Shown: positions 1 through 12,655 of the stretch, piece by piece
How the letters are laid out: every line of letters starts with the position of its first letter
How positions within the stretch are numbered: the first letter of the stretch is position 1
Assembly: GCF_006345805.1 (NCBI RefSeq)
Contig: NC_043007.1
Location: forward strand, 34,720,001-34,784,000
From: Octopus sinensis
Lineage: Eukaryota
Direction of reading: 5' to 3'
DNA length: 64,000 nucleotides
Translations under genes and position numbers: made by a program
The notes under the pieces: model-generated
Told to the model about the DNA's origin: nothing
What the model saw: only the letters and a program-made list of their open reading frames with translations
Databases searched by the model: none

Positions 1-484
1 GATCAGACAAAAAAAGGTGAGTTTATTAATTGACATGAGTATTCCTTGCGATCACAATATTGCAGCGAAAGAATTTGACGAGATCAGTAAATATAAAGAC
101 TTGCTAATAAAAATTGAAAAAATGTGGTATCTCAAGGTGACTACATTACCAGTGATCGTAGGATCTCTAATAATGATAAAAAAAAAAGGTACTGAAACCT
201 ATTTGAAAATGATTCCAGGCTTACCATCCCTACAGCAAGTGCAAAAAATCGTGTTAACTGGAACGACTCATGTACTGAGAAGAGCATTATCGCTGTGAAA
301 ACCACATCCATTCATGAATTTAATTATTTATTTATTTATTTATTTTAATACATATTTTACCTGTGAATTTGCATGTGTAATCTGGGAATGCATACAATGA
401 GCTTCTCTGCCCTAGGTGTACGGAAAACATTCGGCGAGAAATGGAAGAAAAATTGAAGAAAGAAGGAAAATAATAATAATAATA

Positions 485-535
<51 letters not shown>
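1..535 (+). mobile_element. 3' end of R4/Dong-like non-LTR retrotransposon (RLE endonuclease C-terminus, 3' UTR, (AAT)n)
   Basis: ORF 17-298 reads LIDMSIP..KEFDEISKYKDL...LPVIVGSL, the PD-(D/E)xK RLE motif of R4/Dong/NeSL LINEs; followed by a UTR and an (AAT)n tract. Confidence 0.85.
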
Positions 536-537
<2 letters not shown>

Positions 538-584
538 TCGAAAAATACCTTAGGAATGAGAACCCAGGTTCGAAACTTCCCCAA

Positions 585-627
585 GACACCTGATGAAGGC
601 TGGAGTTTATATCAGCCGAAATGTGTT
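585..627 (+). ncRNA. Degenerate type I hammerhead ribozyme motif
   Basis: GACAC-CTGATGA-A-GGCTG(loop)CAGCC-GAAA-T-GTGTT: stems I and II and core present, stem III/cleavage triplet reduced to 1 nt. Confidence 0.55.
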
Positions 628-909
628 AACAACAGACAAGATGTGGACAAATATCCATCAAGTGTAAACAATGTAAATAATATTTAAAAAATCAAGGTTT
701 ACCATTATATAGTTTGTTACAAAAGCTACAAAATCTTCGTTGCTTCCACTTATGTTTGAAAAGATATCAGACATTTCATCATTGGACCAGTATTATAATC
801 AAAACGAATATCATCTTTGGTCACATTTATTGCATTACTGGAACCATGTTTTTTTAAGTCAATTAAGCTCTATATCACTTCTTATGTGTGTGTGTGTATA
901 TATATGTTA

Positions 910-1019
<110 letters not shown>

Positions 1020-1066
1020 TACATACATACATACATACATACATACATACATACATACATACATAC

Positions 1067-1117
<51 letters not shown>

Positions 1118-1124
1118 CACATGT

Positions 1125-1436
1125 GGAGGCGAATGGCTCAGTGGTTAGGGAAGCGGACTCGTGGTCGTAGGATCGCGGTTTCGATTCCCAGACCGGACGT
1201 TGTGAGTGTTTATTGAGCGAAAACACCTGAAGCTCCACGAGGTTCCGGCAGGAGGGTAGGGTGGCGATCGCTGCTGTACTCCTTTGCCACAACTTTCTCT
1301 CATTCTTTCTTCTGTTGGCCGGCTCGCTTAGCCAGAGGGGTGACGTCATTTGAAGGCTAAAACAATGCGAAGCGCATTGTGACCAGCGATGTGAAGCAGC
1401 ATCTGAGAGCCTGCTCGGTCACGGTAATCACGGTGA
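1125..1436 (+). mobile_element. tRNA-headed SINE, family A
   Basis: Box A/B head GGAGGCGAATGGCTCAGTGGTTAGG...GGTTTCGATTCCC; same head at 14068, 50545, 55485. Confidence 0.85.
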
Positions 1437-1438
1437 CG

Positions 1439-1507
<69 letters not shown>

Positions 1508-1517
1508 CACACGCGCG

Positions 1518-1680
1518 CGCCCGACGGGCTTTCTTCAGTTTACCTCTACCTAATCCACACACAAGGCTTTGGTCGGCTCGCAACTATAGCAGAAGACACT
1601 TGCCCAGATGCCACGTAGTGGGACTGAACTCGGAACCATGTGATTGGGAAGCAAGCTTCTTACCACACAGCCACGCCTGT
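1518..1680 (-). mobile_element. SINE family C, 5' half
   Basis: Reverse complement of GGCTGTGTGGTAAG...GGGTTCAGTCCCAC...AAGCCCGTCG head. Confidence 0.85.
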
Positions 1681-1752
1681 GATCTGAGACACTTCTAAAA
1701 GAAACCGTACAATATAATTTATTTGTGAAAAGCACAAATTTTCATGTCAGCT

Positions 1753-1858
1753 TCAACGAGCTTTCTTCGAGACCCGTTTTTGATTTGGTTCTCCTAACAA
1801 TGCTTTGCGTTTCATGAACCGATAACATCGCAATTTATGGCCAGGAAAATCTTCTGAC
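1753..1858 (-). CDS. Candidate terminal coding exon, SEDFPGHKLRCYRFMKRKALLGEPNQKRVSKKAR*
   Basis: Non-repetitive open frame after a CAG acceptor, ending in a basic NLS-like tail and TGA; weak polypyrimidine tract, no homolog recognised. Confidence 0.25.
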
Positions 1859-1983
1859 CTGTTTATGACGTACGCTAAACACTGCATTTACATTCTGTGT
1901 TCAAATCCTGTGGAGACCAACTTTTCCATTCTTCCCTTCGAGGTCGATAAATTTCAGGCTTTGAGCTTCCATCAGAAACAATC

Positions 1984-2014
<31 letters not shown>

Positions 2015-3233
2015 CTTCTTTTCTTCTTCTTCTTTTCTTCTTCTTCTTCTTCTTCTTCTTCTTCTTCTCCTCCTCCTCCTCCTCCTCCTCAGCTACTGCT
2101 GCATAAACAATCAAAATCTGGAACCAACTACCCTCATATTAAATATTCCTTCAGATCTGCTACGAACCTTCGCAAAAGTAAAAGACAGAGACAGACAGAC
2201 AGACAGACACAAAAAGGAAAATGCCCACCTATTTCTTCTTCTTCTTCTTCTTCTTCTTCTTCTTCTTCTTCTTCTTCTTCTTCTTCTTCTTCTTCTTCTC
2301 CTTCTCATTCTTCTTCTTCTCTCCCTCTCTCTTTCTCTCTCCCCTTTTTCTCCCTCTCTCACGCTCTCCTCTCTCTCACTTTGGCCCCTTAGGTTCGGTT
2401 CTAAGTTCCAATCCTTCTGAGATCTACCTTGCCTTTCACCCCTTCGAGGTTCCACCCAAGTACTGGAAACGATATAGTTGAATACTATCCTCACACCAAT
2501 AACTTTTAGGCTCTGTGACCATGCTAGAAACAAGTATTCGCTCCTCTCTCTCTCTCTTTCACGCACACTCGCTATCTTGTTAGAGAGAAGTGTAGAGTAT
2601 CTTTTTTTTCTTCTTTTTACTTGTTACTGCGTTTAAAAAATAAAATTTAAAAAAAAAAGAAACACGATAAAATAAACCAACAAAAACAAAATAATAAATA
2701 AAACAAACAAACAAAATGGTTAAAAACCAGGAATTAGTTTCTATATAATCCAAAAGACAACGAAAAGAAAAAAAAAATGTTATTGGTTATTGACTGGTGT
2801 CTTCGATAGAAAAGAGGTGGGGGGGGGTCTTTTTCTTCTTTGTTTTTTTTTTTAAACTCTGAAACTCTCTTAGACTGACCTTAAGAAGATTATACGTGAA
2901 TGGCTAGCTTAGTTAAATGATTGACTGCACAGAAGATGGAAATAATAAACATTTGACCTTTATAACAATAAACGAAAACTGTTTTATTCTTTTATGTTGT
3001 TGGCTTCACTCATTGGAATTCAACCATGCTGGGGAACCGCTTTCTAAAGTTGTTTTTTTTATTTTCGGATGGAGGGAGGAGGGAGGGGGAGTTCGTGTTG
3101 TGTTTGTTTTCTTTTTTTAATCGATCGTGTCGAATCCCAGTAATTGTTTCGGTCTGACATTTATTCCATTGATTCCTATTTATCGAATGGCTAAGTGACT
3201 TCAGGCAATGAATTACACCGGTATACGCAAAAA

Positions 3234-3271
<38 letters not shown>

Positions 3272-3272
3272 C

Positions 3273-3303
<31 letters not shown>

Positions 3304-3480
3304 CTTCTTCTTCTCTTCTTCTTCTTCTTCTTCTATTCTCTTCTTTTTTCTTCTTCTATTCTACTTCTTTTTTCTTCTCCTTCTCTTCTTTTTTCTTCTA
3401 CTATTTCTTCTTTTTCTACTTCTTCCTCTTCTTCTTTTTCACGCACACACGCACGCACACACGTATGCATTCACGCACAC

Positions 3481-3515
<35 letters not shown>

Positions 3516-3775
3516 AAATGCACAAGCACACACCTAAACATGTACATATACATCGAGTTTTCGCACAGTTTCCGTATTCCAAATTCACAAGGAGGACATT
3601 GTTGTGTTTGAAGTTATTGCAGAAGGCACTTGCCCAAAGCACAGAAGAATGGGATTGAACCCGTAATCCCGTCGTTGCGCAGTGAACAACACTATCATGA
3701 TATTCATATTTTCTAAAATAACGCAAAGTCTTACAACGATGCAGTCTTCCATGCTGAAGTAATATTTATTTTATA

Positions 3776-4378
3776 GAAGGCGGCGAGCTGGCAGAAACGT
3801 TAGCACGCCGGGCGAAATGCGTAGCCGTATTTCGTCTGCCGTTACGCTCTGAGTTCAAATTCCGCCGAGGTCGACTTTGCCTTTCATCCTTTCGGGGTCG
3901 ATAAATTAAGTACCAGTTACGCATTGGGGGCGATATAATCGACTTAATCCGTTTGTCTGTCCTTGTTTGTCCCCTCTGTGTGTAGCCCCTTGTGGGCAGT
4001 AAAGAAATAAGTATTTCGCCTGCCGTTACGTTCTGAGTTCAAATTCCGCCGAGGTCGACTTTGCCTTTCATCCTTTCGGGGTCGATAAATTAAGTACCAG
4101 TTACGCATTGGGGGCGATATAATCGACTTAATCCGTTTATCTCTCCTTGTTTGTCCCCTCTGTGTGTAGCCCTTGTGGGCAGTAAAGAAATAGGTATTTC
4201 GCCTGCCGTTACGTTCTGAGTTCAAATTCCGCCGAGGTCGACTTTGCCTTTCATCCTTTCGGGGTCGATTTAATAAGTACCAGTTAAGCACTGGGATCAA
4301 TGTAATCGATTTAATCCCTTTGTCTGTCCTTACTAGTCCCCCCTATGTTTAGTCCCTTGTGGGCAATAAAGAAATAGA
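3776..4378 (+). mobile_element. CORE-type SINE (family B), head-to-tail trimer
   Basis: One full unit plus two 183-184 bp units restarting at GTATTTCG (3827, 4011, 4194); CORE-like GGTCGACTTTGCCTTTCATCCTTTCGGGGTCGATAAATTAAGTACCAG. Confidence 0.9.
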
Positions 4379-4649
4379 TATTTATTTTATAGACGTAGGG
4401 AAGATGAAGCCCAAAAAGGAAGAAGTTCTGTGACGGACCAATAACACTCAAAATAATCCTTTCTAATATAAGCACAAGGCATTAATTTTTGTGGGAGGGT
4501 GCTAGTCGATTACATCGACCCAGGGCGTAATTGGTACTTATTTCCTCGACTCCAAAAGGATGAAAGGCAAAGTCGACCTTGGCGATCTTCAAGGTCATAA
4601 CTCAATCAGAGACAAGCTTTGGGGAAACACGAAGAAAGGAAGACAAACG

Positions 4650-4970
4650 GAGGTGCGCAGCTTATTGGTTAGAGTATTAGGTTCACGATTGCAAGATCAC
4701 GAGTTCGAAAACCGGCAGTGTATTGTGTCCTTGAGCAAGGCACATTATTTCACGTTGCTCCAATTCACTCAGCTGGCAAAAACGAGTTGTACTTGTATTT
4801 CAAGGAACCAACCATGTCACATTCTGTGTCACGCTGAATCTCCCTGAGAACTTCGTTAAGGGTACGCGTGTCTGTGGAGTGCTCAGTCACTTACACGTTA
4901 ATTTCACAGCAGGCTGTTCCGTTGATTGGATCGACTGGAACACTTGTAATAACCGACGGAGTGCCAGTTT
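4650..4970 (+). mobile_element. tRNA-headed SINE, family A variant
   Basis: Shares GTGTCACGCTGAAT..GAGAACT.CGTTAAGGGTAC body and ACCGACGGAGTGC tail with family A. Confidence 0.75.
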
Positions 4971-5376
4971 TAAAGGTCTGCAGTAAGATTGGCTATTCTG
5001 GTTATCGTCTCAGCCCACTACCTAATCACCTAAGATTTAAGCTGTTGGTTTTCATCCTTTTATAATTCGGGCTCCCCTTTGGAATAATATTTTACAAATG
5101 CCCCTCCTCATATTCTATTTATATAAAAAAGAAAACATACTTTTCAAATCAAATACAAGCTAGTTTTGCACAGTAATTTATTATTCTATCCACCATGTAC
5201 CTCTCTTTAGATTTTGCATGGACGAGTGCCTCCTATGTTAAAGTTTTATAGAAACTACTAGAGAAGGCGGAGATTATGTAATGAAATTATGCTGCTGCAT
5301 CAATAGTCATGTTTCTTCTCACTAATGTATTTACATTTTAATCCACCAAAAAGTTATGTATACATATACAGATACA

Positions 5377-5417
<41 letters not shown>

Positions 5418-5466
5418 TATATATATATGTATGTATTGTATGTATATATATATATACATACATACA

Positions 5467-5498
<32 letters not shown>

Positions 5499-5595
5499 CA
5501 TACATACATCATACATACATACATTACAGATACATAATACATATACACACACACATATACATGTATGTTTATTATGTATGTGTGTATATATATAT

Positions 5596-5895
5596 ATAGA
5601 AAATAGTAAAAAGTGAAAAATCTACAGAAGGCTTGTTTTAAAAGGTTAAAAATATATATATTTGAGTCAATATGTCAGAAGAATGTTATAAATTTTTTTC
5701 ATACAATGACATAGTTTTTGAAGAAATGACCGGTTTCGCGTTCAGCTTTTCAAATTTCTTACATTATAGTACTCGAATACCAGAGGTAGAGTAAAGTAAT
5801 TTATAACATTCTTCTGACATAATGACTCAAATATATATTTTTTAACCTTTTATAACAAGCCTTCTGTAGTTTTTTCACTTTTTACTATTTTCTAT
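5596..5895. repeat. Fold-back repeat (about 97-bp arms), Penelope-like remnant
   Basis: 5596-5693 is the reverse complement of about 5797-5895; the spacer holds a hammerhead motif. Confidence 0.8.
5721..5760 (-). ncRNA. Minimal type I hammerhead ribozyme, U3:A8 variant
   Basis: AAGAAAT-TTGAAAA-GC(TGAAC)GC-GAAAC-CG-GTC-ATTTCTT: perfect 7-bp stem I, palindromic stem III (ACCGGT), GUC triplet. Confidence 0.75.
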
Positions 5896-5934
5896 ATATT
5901 CAACCACGTGCTTTCACACACCAACTTTCTCACC

Positions 5935-5966
<32 letters not shown>

Positions 5967-5970
5967 ATAT

Positions 5971-6014
<44 letters not shown>

Positions 6015-6062
6015 TATAACATATACATACTATTTTATTAAAGGCGATAAAACTGCCTAAAC

Positions 6063-6160
6063 TATACTCAGAGTTTCACGTGACTGTTCATCAGACAGTT
6101 GTGATAATGTAGTAGGCTAGTCACAGCTCTCTGATGAATGAAAACGTGAAACTCTGCGTA
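6063..6160. repeat. Inverted pair of hammerhead-like cores
   Basis: CTGATGA-N10-GAAACTCTG(A/C)GTA on both strands inside a short inverted repeat; stems I and II decayed. Confidence 0.5.
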
Positions 6161-6281
6161 ATACCCTGTGAAGTATTTCGGTTTTTCAAAAGTATTACTT
6201 TACTCTACCTCTGGTATTCGAGTACTATTTTTTCCACCTTTGTTTGTACTTATGTGCTTACTTCTGTGTGTATTAGTGTGA

Positions 6282-6358
<77 letters not shown>

Positions 6359-7480
6359 TGTGTGCTTGTGTGTGCGCGTACATATATATGCATGTATATG
6401 TGTATTTACGTATGTGCACACGTGCGTACGCACACACATTCACATGAAGATGCATTTGAAATATAAAATATTGTAACTCGTTTAAATATTCCATTTCTAC
6501 GAAAAATCACGACCCCCCACCCTCCTATCCTCTAAACACCCATCACTCGTTATAACTTCTTCTTATGAGCCTCATGTTTCTTGAAGGTAGTGTCCCAGCA
6601 TGGCCGCAGTCCAACGTATGAAACCATTAAAAGAATAATAGAATAATAGAATAAAAGAATAAAAGAATAACAGAATGAAACAATGAAATAATCAAACAAT
6701 AAATTCGTGGCCTTTCGCCAATGCTAGAATTCAATTTAATTTAATTGCTTATCACTGCTATAATTAATTTTCCTCAGATACGTCACAGATAGACCAGATC
6801 ACATACGGATAATACTCATTTAGTCTTGGTACAATACAATATTATAATTAATTACCTAGCAACGTTAATTTATTAATAATCTTTCTGATGCGTTAGTTTT
6901 CCACACACACACAGACACACACACACGTCTGCATACATACATACACGTACATAAATTTTATACATCCATTTTATACATCCACTCTTATACGCATTCACAT
7001 ACACACAAATTTTATGCATACACACTTACTCATACTCCTTGAGATACACTCACACAAACATAAATATAAGCACTTGCTCATTCACTCACTCTCTCACTCA
7101 CTCACTCACTCACTCACTCACTCACTCACTCAATCACTCATTCACTCACTCACTCACATGCAGACACATTACACTCGCAGAAACATGCGCCTGCTTTAAT
7201 AGCGTTTTGAATATGTGTCTTCTGAAATATCATTTTGCTAAGGTCTAAGTATGTAATTATGGAACGAAAGCGAAGATACAATTTAACATAGACACATTTA
7301 TATTAGTCTTCAAAAATAATTAATTAAAGATATAATCTAACACATATACAACACTTACTTTAGTCTTAAAAAGAGTTCACAGATTAACTAGGGAACGGAG
7401 TCGAAACGCTAATCTACCATACAACACTTATTGATATTAGTCTTGAAAAGAATTCACTGATAAACTATTGAACGATATTA

Positions 7481-7909
7481 GGATCTTTACGGTTTGAACG
7501 GCAGTTTTTTTCTAACGGTGTCATATGAAATTGTCACCTATAATTATGACCCTAGTATCGATCTATTGCATTTCAATCTGTTTTAGGGTTAGGGTTAGTT
7601 AGGGTTAGGGGTGGGGGAAGGATATCTTTTTTTCTTCACAAATGTAAATAAACCCAATCTGTTTCTTAAACGAGGGACATATTCATATGGCACAGAATGT
7701 TTTCACCTCAATAGACGTCATTGATTGGTTGAAATTGCAGAAATTGAAGGAAAAAACCCAACAAATATCTCACAAACTATAGAATTTTCTCAATAAAGCC
7801 AAGAGAAAAAGATGTTTTATAAACACATCCTACCAGTATACGAAGTTTAAAATGTGTTTAGTTACGTGGAAATTATTTTAAAAAACTGCCGTTCAAACCG
7901 AAAAGATCC
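7481..7909. mobile_element. hAT-type MITE with internal TTAGGG tract
   Basis: About 29-bp TIR GGATCTTT(A/T)CGGTTTGAACGGCAGTTTTTT; 8-bp TSD CGATATTA (7473-7480, 7910-7917). Confidence 0.85.
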
Positions 7910-8105
7910 CGATATTATAAGTACAATTTTTAATATTATTTTTAATGACTGAGAAACGATTATTTTGGATAAAGTATACTTAATTGATTTTTTAAAAAAT
8001 ACAACTCTGTAGAGTAGCAACTGTACTTCGTTCATTGGAACTGTAGAATCAAGTCCAGTAATATGCATTTTTCTCTGATGAAAATGAAGATGTAGCACAA
8101 ACTGT

Positions 8106-8359
8106 GGCGATCCTTCGGTATAGGTACCGTAAGTACCTGAAGTGGCTTTGTTTACATTTCTGAAGATAACAGAAACCCTTTTCTCCCACCCCTAACCCTA
8201 ACACAAACCCTAACCCTAACCCTAGCACAAACCTAAACCCTAGCCCTAACACAAACCTAAACCCTAACCCTAACCCTAACCCCCATGTATGTTTTAAAAA
8301 AAACAAACAATTTCTTGAAATATATCCGGTAATTCCGATACCTATACCGAAGTTACGCC
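8106..8359. mobile_element. hAT-type MITE with internal (CCCTAA)n tract
   Basis: Imperfect TIR GGCG..CTTCGGTATAGGTA.CG.AA.TACC; 8-bp TSD CAAACTGT (8098-8105, 8360-8367). Confidence 0.85.
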
Positions 8360-8995
8360 CAAACTGTTAAGAATAGTTAAAGTACAACCAATTCTACTAT
8401 CATTCGTATGATAGTAGAATATCATATATATTGATTATGTCTTCGATGGTGCTCCATAGTTAATATTGTTTGAAGTGTTTGCTATCTATACGTATCATTC
8501 TTTCCTCATATTTTCAATAAATTTTTAATAACATAATCACAAAGGGCGTTGAGCAGTAAACCAATATTTTCTCATTGACAATTGTATATATATATATCTT
8601 TGAACAGCACGTTTTCTTCTTGGTATAACGATAAAAATAATAGCAATAGTTAGTGTAAAAAAAATTGATAGATGTATAATAGAATATAATTTCGAAGTTA
8701 TTCTTGTCTTGCGGCTGCATTTTCAATACTACCTATAGGGCTTAAAGCTTTCTCATGAATCAAACGTTTCAGAAGAAAAACTACAAGTTCAAAATAAAAT
8801 AAAAAATCATAATGGATTTAATGCTTTTCTATAAACTTCCAGCTATTTTCTATAATCTCCCAGCAAGCTAGTTCAATTGATTCAAACAAGGATACACTCC
8901 TGTATTTAAATGCAGTATGAATATATACATACGCACACATATATACATACGCAAATGACTGAAACAAGTAAAAGAGTAAAAGAGTATATGTGTGT

Positions 8996-9037
<42 letters not shown>

Positions 9038-9204
9038 GTGCGTGAGTGTGTGTGTTTGTATGTGTGTGTTTGTGTGTATGTGTGTATATGTGTGTACATA
9101 TACAATCAATCCAAACATGAACAAGCAAGTAAAAACAACAACGCGACGACGTGGAATAAGTGCAGTGTTATTGGACGCTCAGGAAATGAAAGAAAAGAAA
9201 GAGG

Positions 9205-9239
9205 ATTTCATGTTTCGAGCAGAGCTCTTCATCAGAAAT
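9205..9239 (-). ncRNA. Hammerhead motif with extra A after A9, decayed cleavage site
   Basis: ATTT-CTGATGA-A-GAGC(TCT)GCTC-GAAAC-ATG-AAAT. Confidence 0.55.
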
Positions 9240-9416
9240 ATAGAAAAGTCCAAAGCAGGAAAGACGGAGAAAGAAATACATACATACACACACACACACA
9301 CACGCACACACACACACACACACGCACACACACACACACACACACACATACACATATATATATATATATACACACACATACTATATATATGTGTGTGTGT
9401 GAGTGTGAGTATGTAA

Positions 9417-9456
<40 letters not shown>

Positions 9457-9812
9457 AAAGGTTGTGTTATAACACTATCCCATATATACAAAAACAGCCA
9501 TACCAACAATCCAACAAACCCAATCATCAGCTGTCCCACGGATATCATTATGGTTTCGACACCTGAAACAGCAATAAAAGAAGTGTTGTTTGGGAACAAA
9601 TATACCAAAACAAAAACAAAAAAAAATTTCAAGCACATTTACCTCATGTAGAACAGTATTCAATCTATATATAAGCAGGATTAAGCATTACCTTTAAAAT
9701 TAAACTGCAACAAGAAACATAAATCTATGTGCATTTGTATCGGTGTTAATAGTAAACCTCCAATAATTAAATCGTATACTAAATAGCGATGTAATATATG
9801 TATACATGTATG

Positions 9813-9886
<74 letters not shown>

Positions 9887-10912
9887 CATACATGCACATT
9901 TATATATATATATAAGGTTAGCTGAGTTATAGGTTAAAATAACCGTCTAAGGGATAAAACTATCCATTATACTAGGCATACATATGCAAGCATGTTATGC
10001 TCATAAATTATAGGTAAAGACAATTTCACAGTCCTATTTTAAAAACTTTTGGATCACCTAACCCCACAACCGTCTTATTTCCTAAATGTCTAAATAGGTA
10101 TCCCTCTTAACTCTAATGGTATTATTAGCCTTGTTTATTCCATAATATTTATTTTTTAATCGAGTTTTATACTGCCCTAAGCGTTTTCGGGCTCCTTGCA
10201 ACATATATCATTTTTCCATTCATTCATTTACTAATCTTACCCCGTTTAAAGACCTCAAAAGCTGGTCTTTTGTTTTAAATTTTAACTGACCAATTATATC
10301 GAACACTGGACCTTGACCTATCTCACTTTGGACAACAGGCTGATGGGCTTAATCACCTACTAGTAATAAAAAAAATTACATTTAATCGATTAGCTCTTTA
10401 TTATGATAAATACTATTAATTAGTACTATAAACATAATTATTAAAAATTATTATGTTTAATTTAAAACCTTATTGTATCTTCACTCCTTCGACTAAAACC
10501 TATTGGCGTATCCCGCTATTATTTTTTATTTTTTTATTCTATCCATCCGACGCCCCCTCCCGTACGAAGGATTAACCCACCAAATACTATTTTAAATTTA
10601 GCCATCTACTTGATATCCCAAAGAGCAGAATTGTATGATTATAATCATATTCAACTTCCCTTTTTCTTCTCTAGGGTCGTCTTTTTTTTTTATTAGTCTT
10701 CACTCTGATGAAGCTCCATGTTTCAGATCGGTTTTACTGCCAAATATGATAAATATTTTTAGCATATCAATGGTAATACACAGGAAGCAGAAACAGCTGT
10801 TAGATGGAATGCGGTCTATTTGTATTGAATTAATAAATAATAATTTATGTAATTCAATTGTTGTTCATCAATATTTCTCCATTTTCTGTTTCCTTCTTAT
10901 ATATATATATAT

Positions 10913-10960
<48 letters not shown>

Positions 10961-10968
10961 GATAGATA

Positions 10969-11002
<34 letters not shown>

Positions 11003-11699
11003 GAGATAGATAGTAGATAGAGACAGATATCATTATATTCAAGTATGTTGTTGACAGTGACTTCCGAAACTGTCAACAACATTATGTATAAGAATAATGA
11101 AGTTGTACTCGATAAAAGTATAGAATAACCTATCAAACTAATGTAAAAATTGTTTTTATTGTTACTGAACATAAAAACAAACATTAATGTATGTGTGTGC
11201 GTGTGTGTATGTGTGTGTGTGTATTTAGTACTTATAAATAAGATGGGTTTTTTTACAATACGTTGCGTTAAATAATGAGTTGAAAACATAATAAATGCAC
11301 AGACAAACGTGAAACAGACACAGATGGTCGCCAACCCCTCGTCAGTTATCTGTCAGAGGATCAATCGCAATTTCGGGCCTAACCGGTATATATACATACA
11401 TATACATATACATTTATATATACATATATGTATAAAACGTGCGTAACATTGATTTGACTCAACTTTTCCTTAACTAAAATAATTGATATTCACTATGTGA
11501 TGAATAGATTTTATTTATTTGATATTAATTGATATACATGTCTTGGACTGGTGAGATGCTTTGCTTATAACTGACCAAAGTATAAAATAATTATCCTTTG
11601 GTTAATTAAAGGGGATGACCTTTACACTGTTATTTGAACACGTTGCTAGCCGGGTTCCTGCATGAAGCGCTGTTGAGGTGATCACCAAACTTTTATTTA

Positions 11700-12622
11700 T
11701 GTTCTCAGTTATTCGTAGAATGTGCGAGTATGTAGTATTTTTTCTTTGTCTCTGTAGAATGTTTGTAGCTTAGGAGTCGAGAGAAAAGAGAGAAAACATT
11801 TAGTGTTTAAACATAGGATAATGATTTCTTAGTCAATAATTTCAATTTTTGAAATTCTTGTGAATATAGCCAATAATTTCAATTTCAGCCACAAACAACT
11901 TCACAAACCGTTTTTCTATATGATCCTTGAAGTGTAGACATTCGTTTCTAGCTGTTATTTCTTAGTAGTAAACCTCCGTATATGCATATTGGAACAGATA
12001 TCTATTCATAAATACGTCTTGACTATCCTCAGCAGTTTAAATGGATTTTAACGAAATCACAGATAGTTTTTTTCAAGCACAAATGCTTCCCTTAGTAATT
12101 GCAGCTATTACAAGGGAGATAATCATTTCTTCATAATATTTGGTGGGATCAGAAAACGTAAATTTGAAATTGGAGACTTATAAGTTAAGGCAAAAAATAA
12201 GGATAGAATTCATATTTTTGTTTTGTTTTATATATTCAATACGAAATGAGACATTTCATTAAAGATTAAAATAATTAGTCTGGAGAAAATTTGTGTAGCG
12301 TGTGTGTGTGGTATTTTCTCTTCGTCTGCGTAGAGCGTTAGTAGTTTAGGCATCGAGAGAAAAGAGAGGGAAGGCTTCGTGTTTATATACAGGAATGCAA
12401 CTGTTTGCAGGACATTCTACCTTGTCAAAATGTCTTATAGTATCCAATAATTTCAATTTTATCTACAGTTTACTTCACAAGCCAGTTTTCGATACGTTCT
12501 TGGGGATGTAGCACATACACGTATGTATGTATGTATGTATGTATGTATGTATGTATGTATGTATGTATGTATGTATTGTATGTATGCATGTATGTATGTA
12601 TGCATGTATATGTGTGTGTATG

Positions 12623-12655
<33 letters not shown>

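Noticed and set aside
1125-1200. tRNA gene
   Set aside because: The cloverleaf is imperfect and continues into a SINE body; the same applies to the other tRNA-like heads
6700-6785. CTGAGGA...GAAAG hammerhead-like motif on the minus strand (also 16774, 17467, 31590, 47350)
   Set aside because: Stem I or II, or the NUH site, cannot be formed
7584-8282. True telomere or chromosome fusion scar
   Set aside because: The tracts are short, degenerate and enclosed in TSD-flanked MITEs
9381-9638. Transmembrane-like ORF
   Set aside because: T-rich antisense of an A/C-rich tract running into microsatellite
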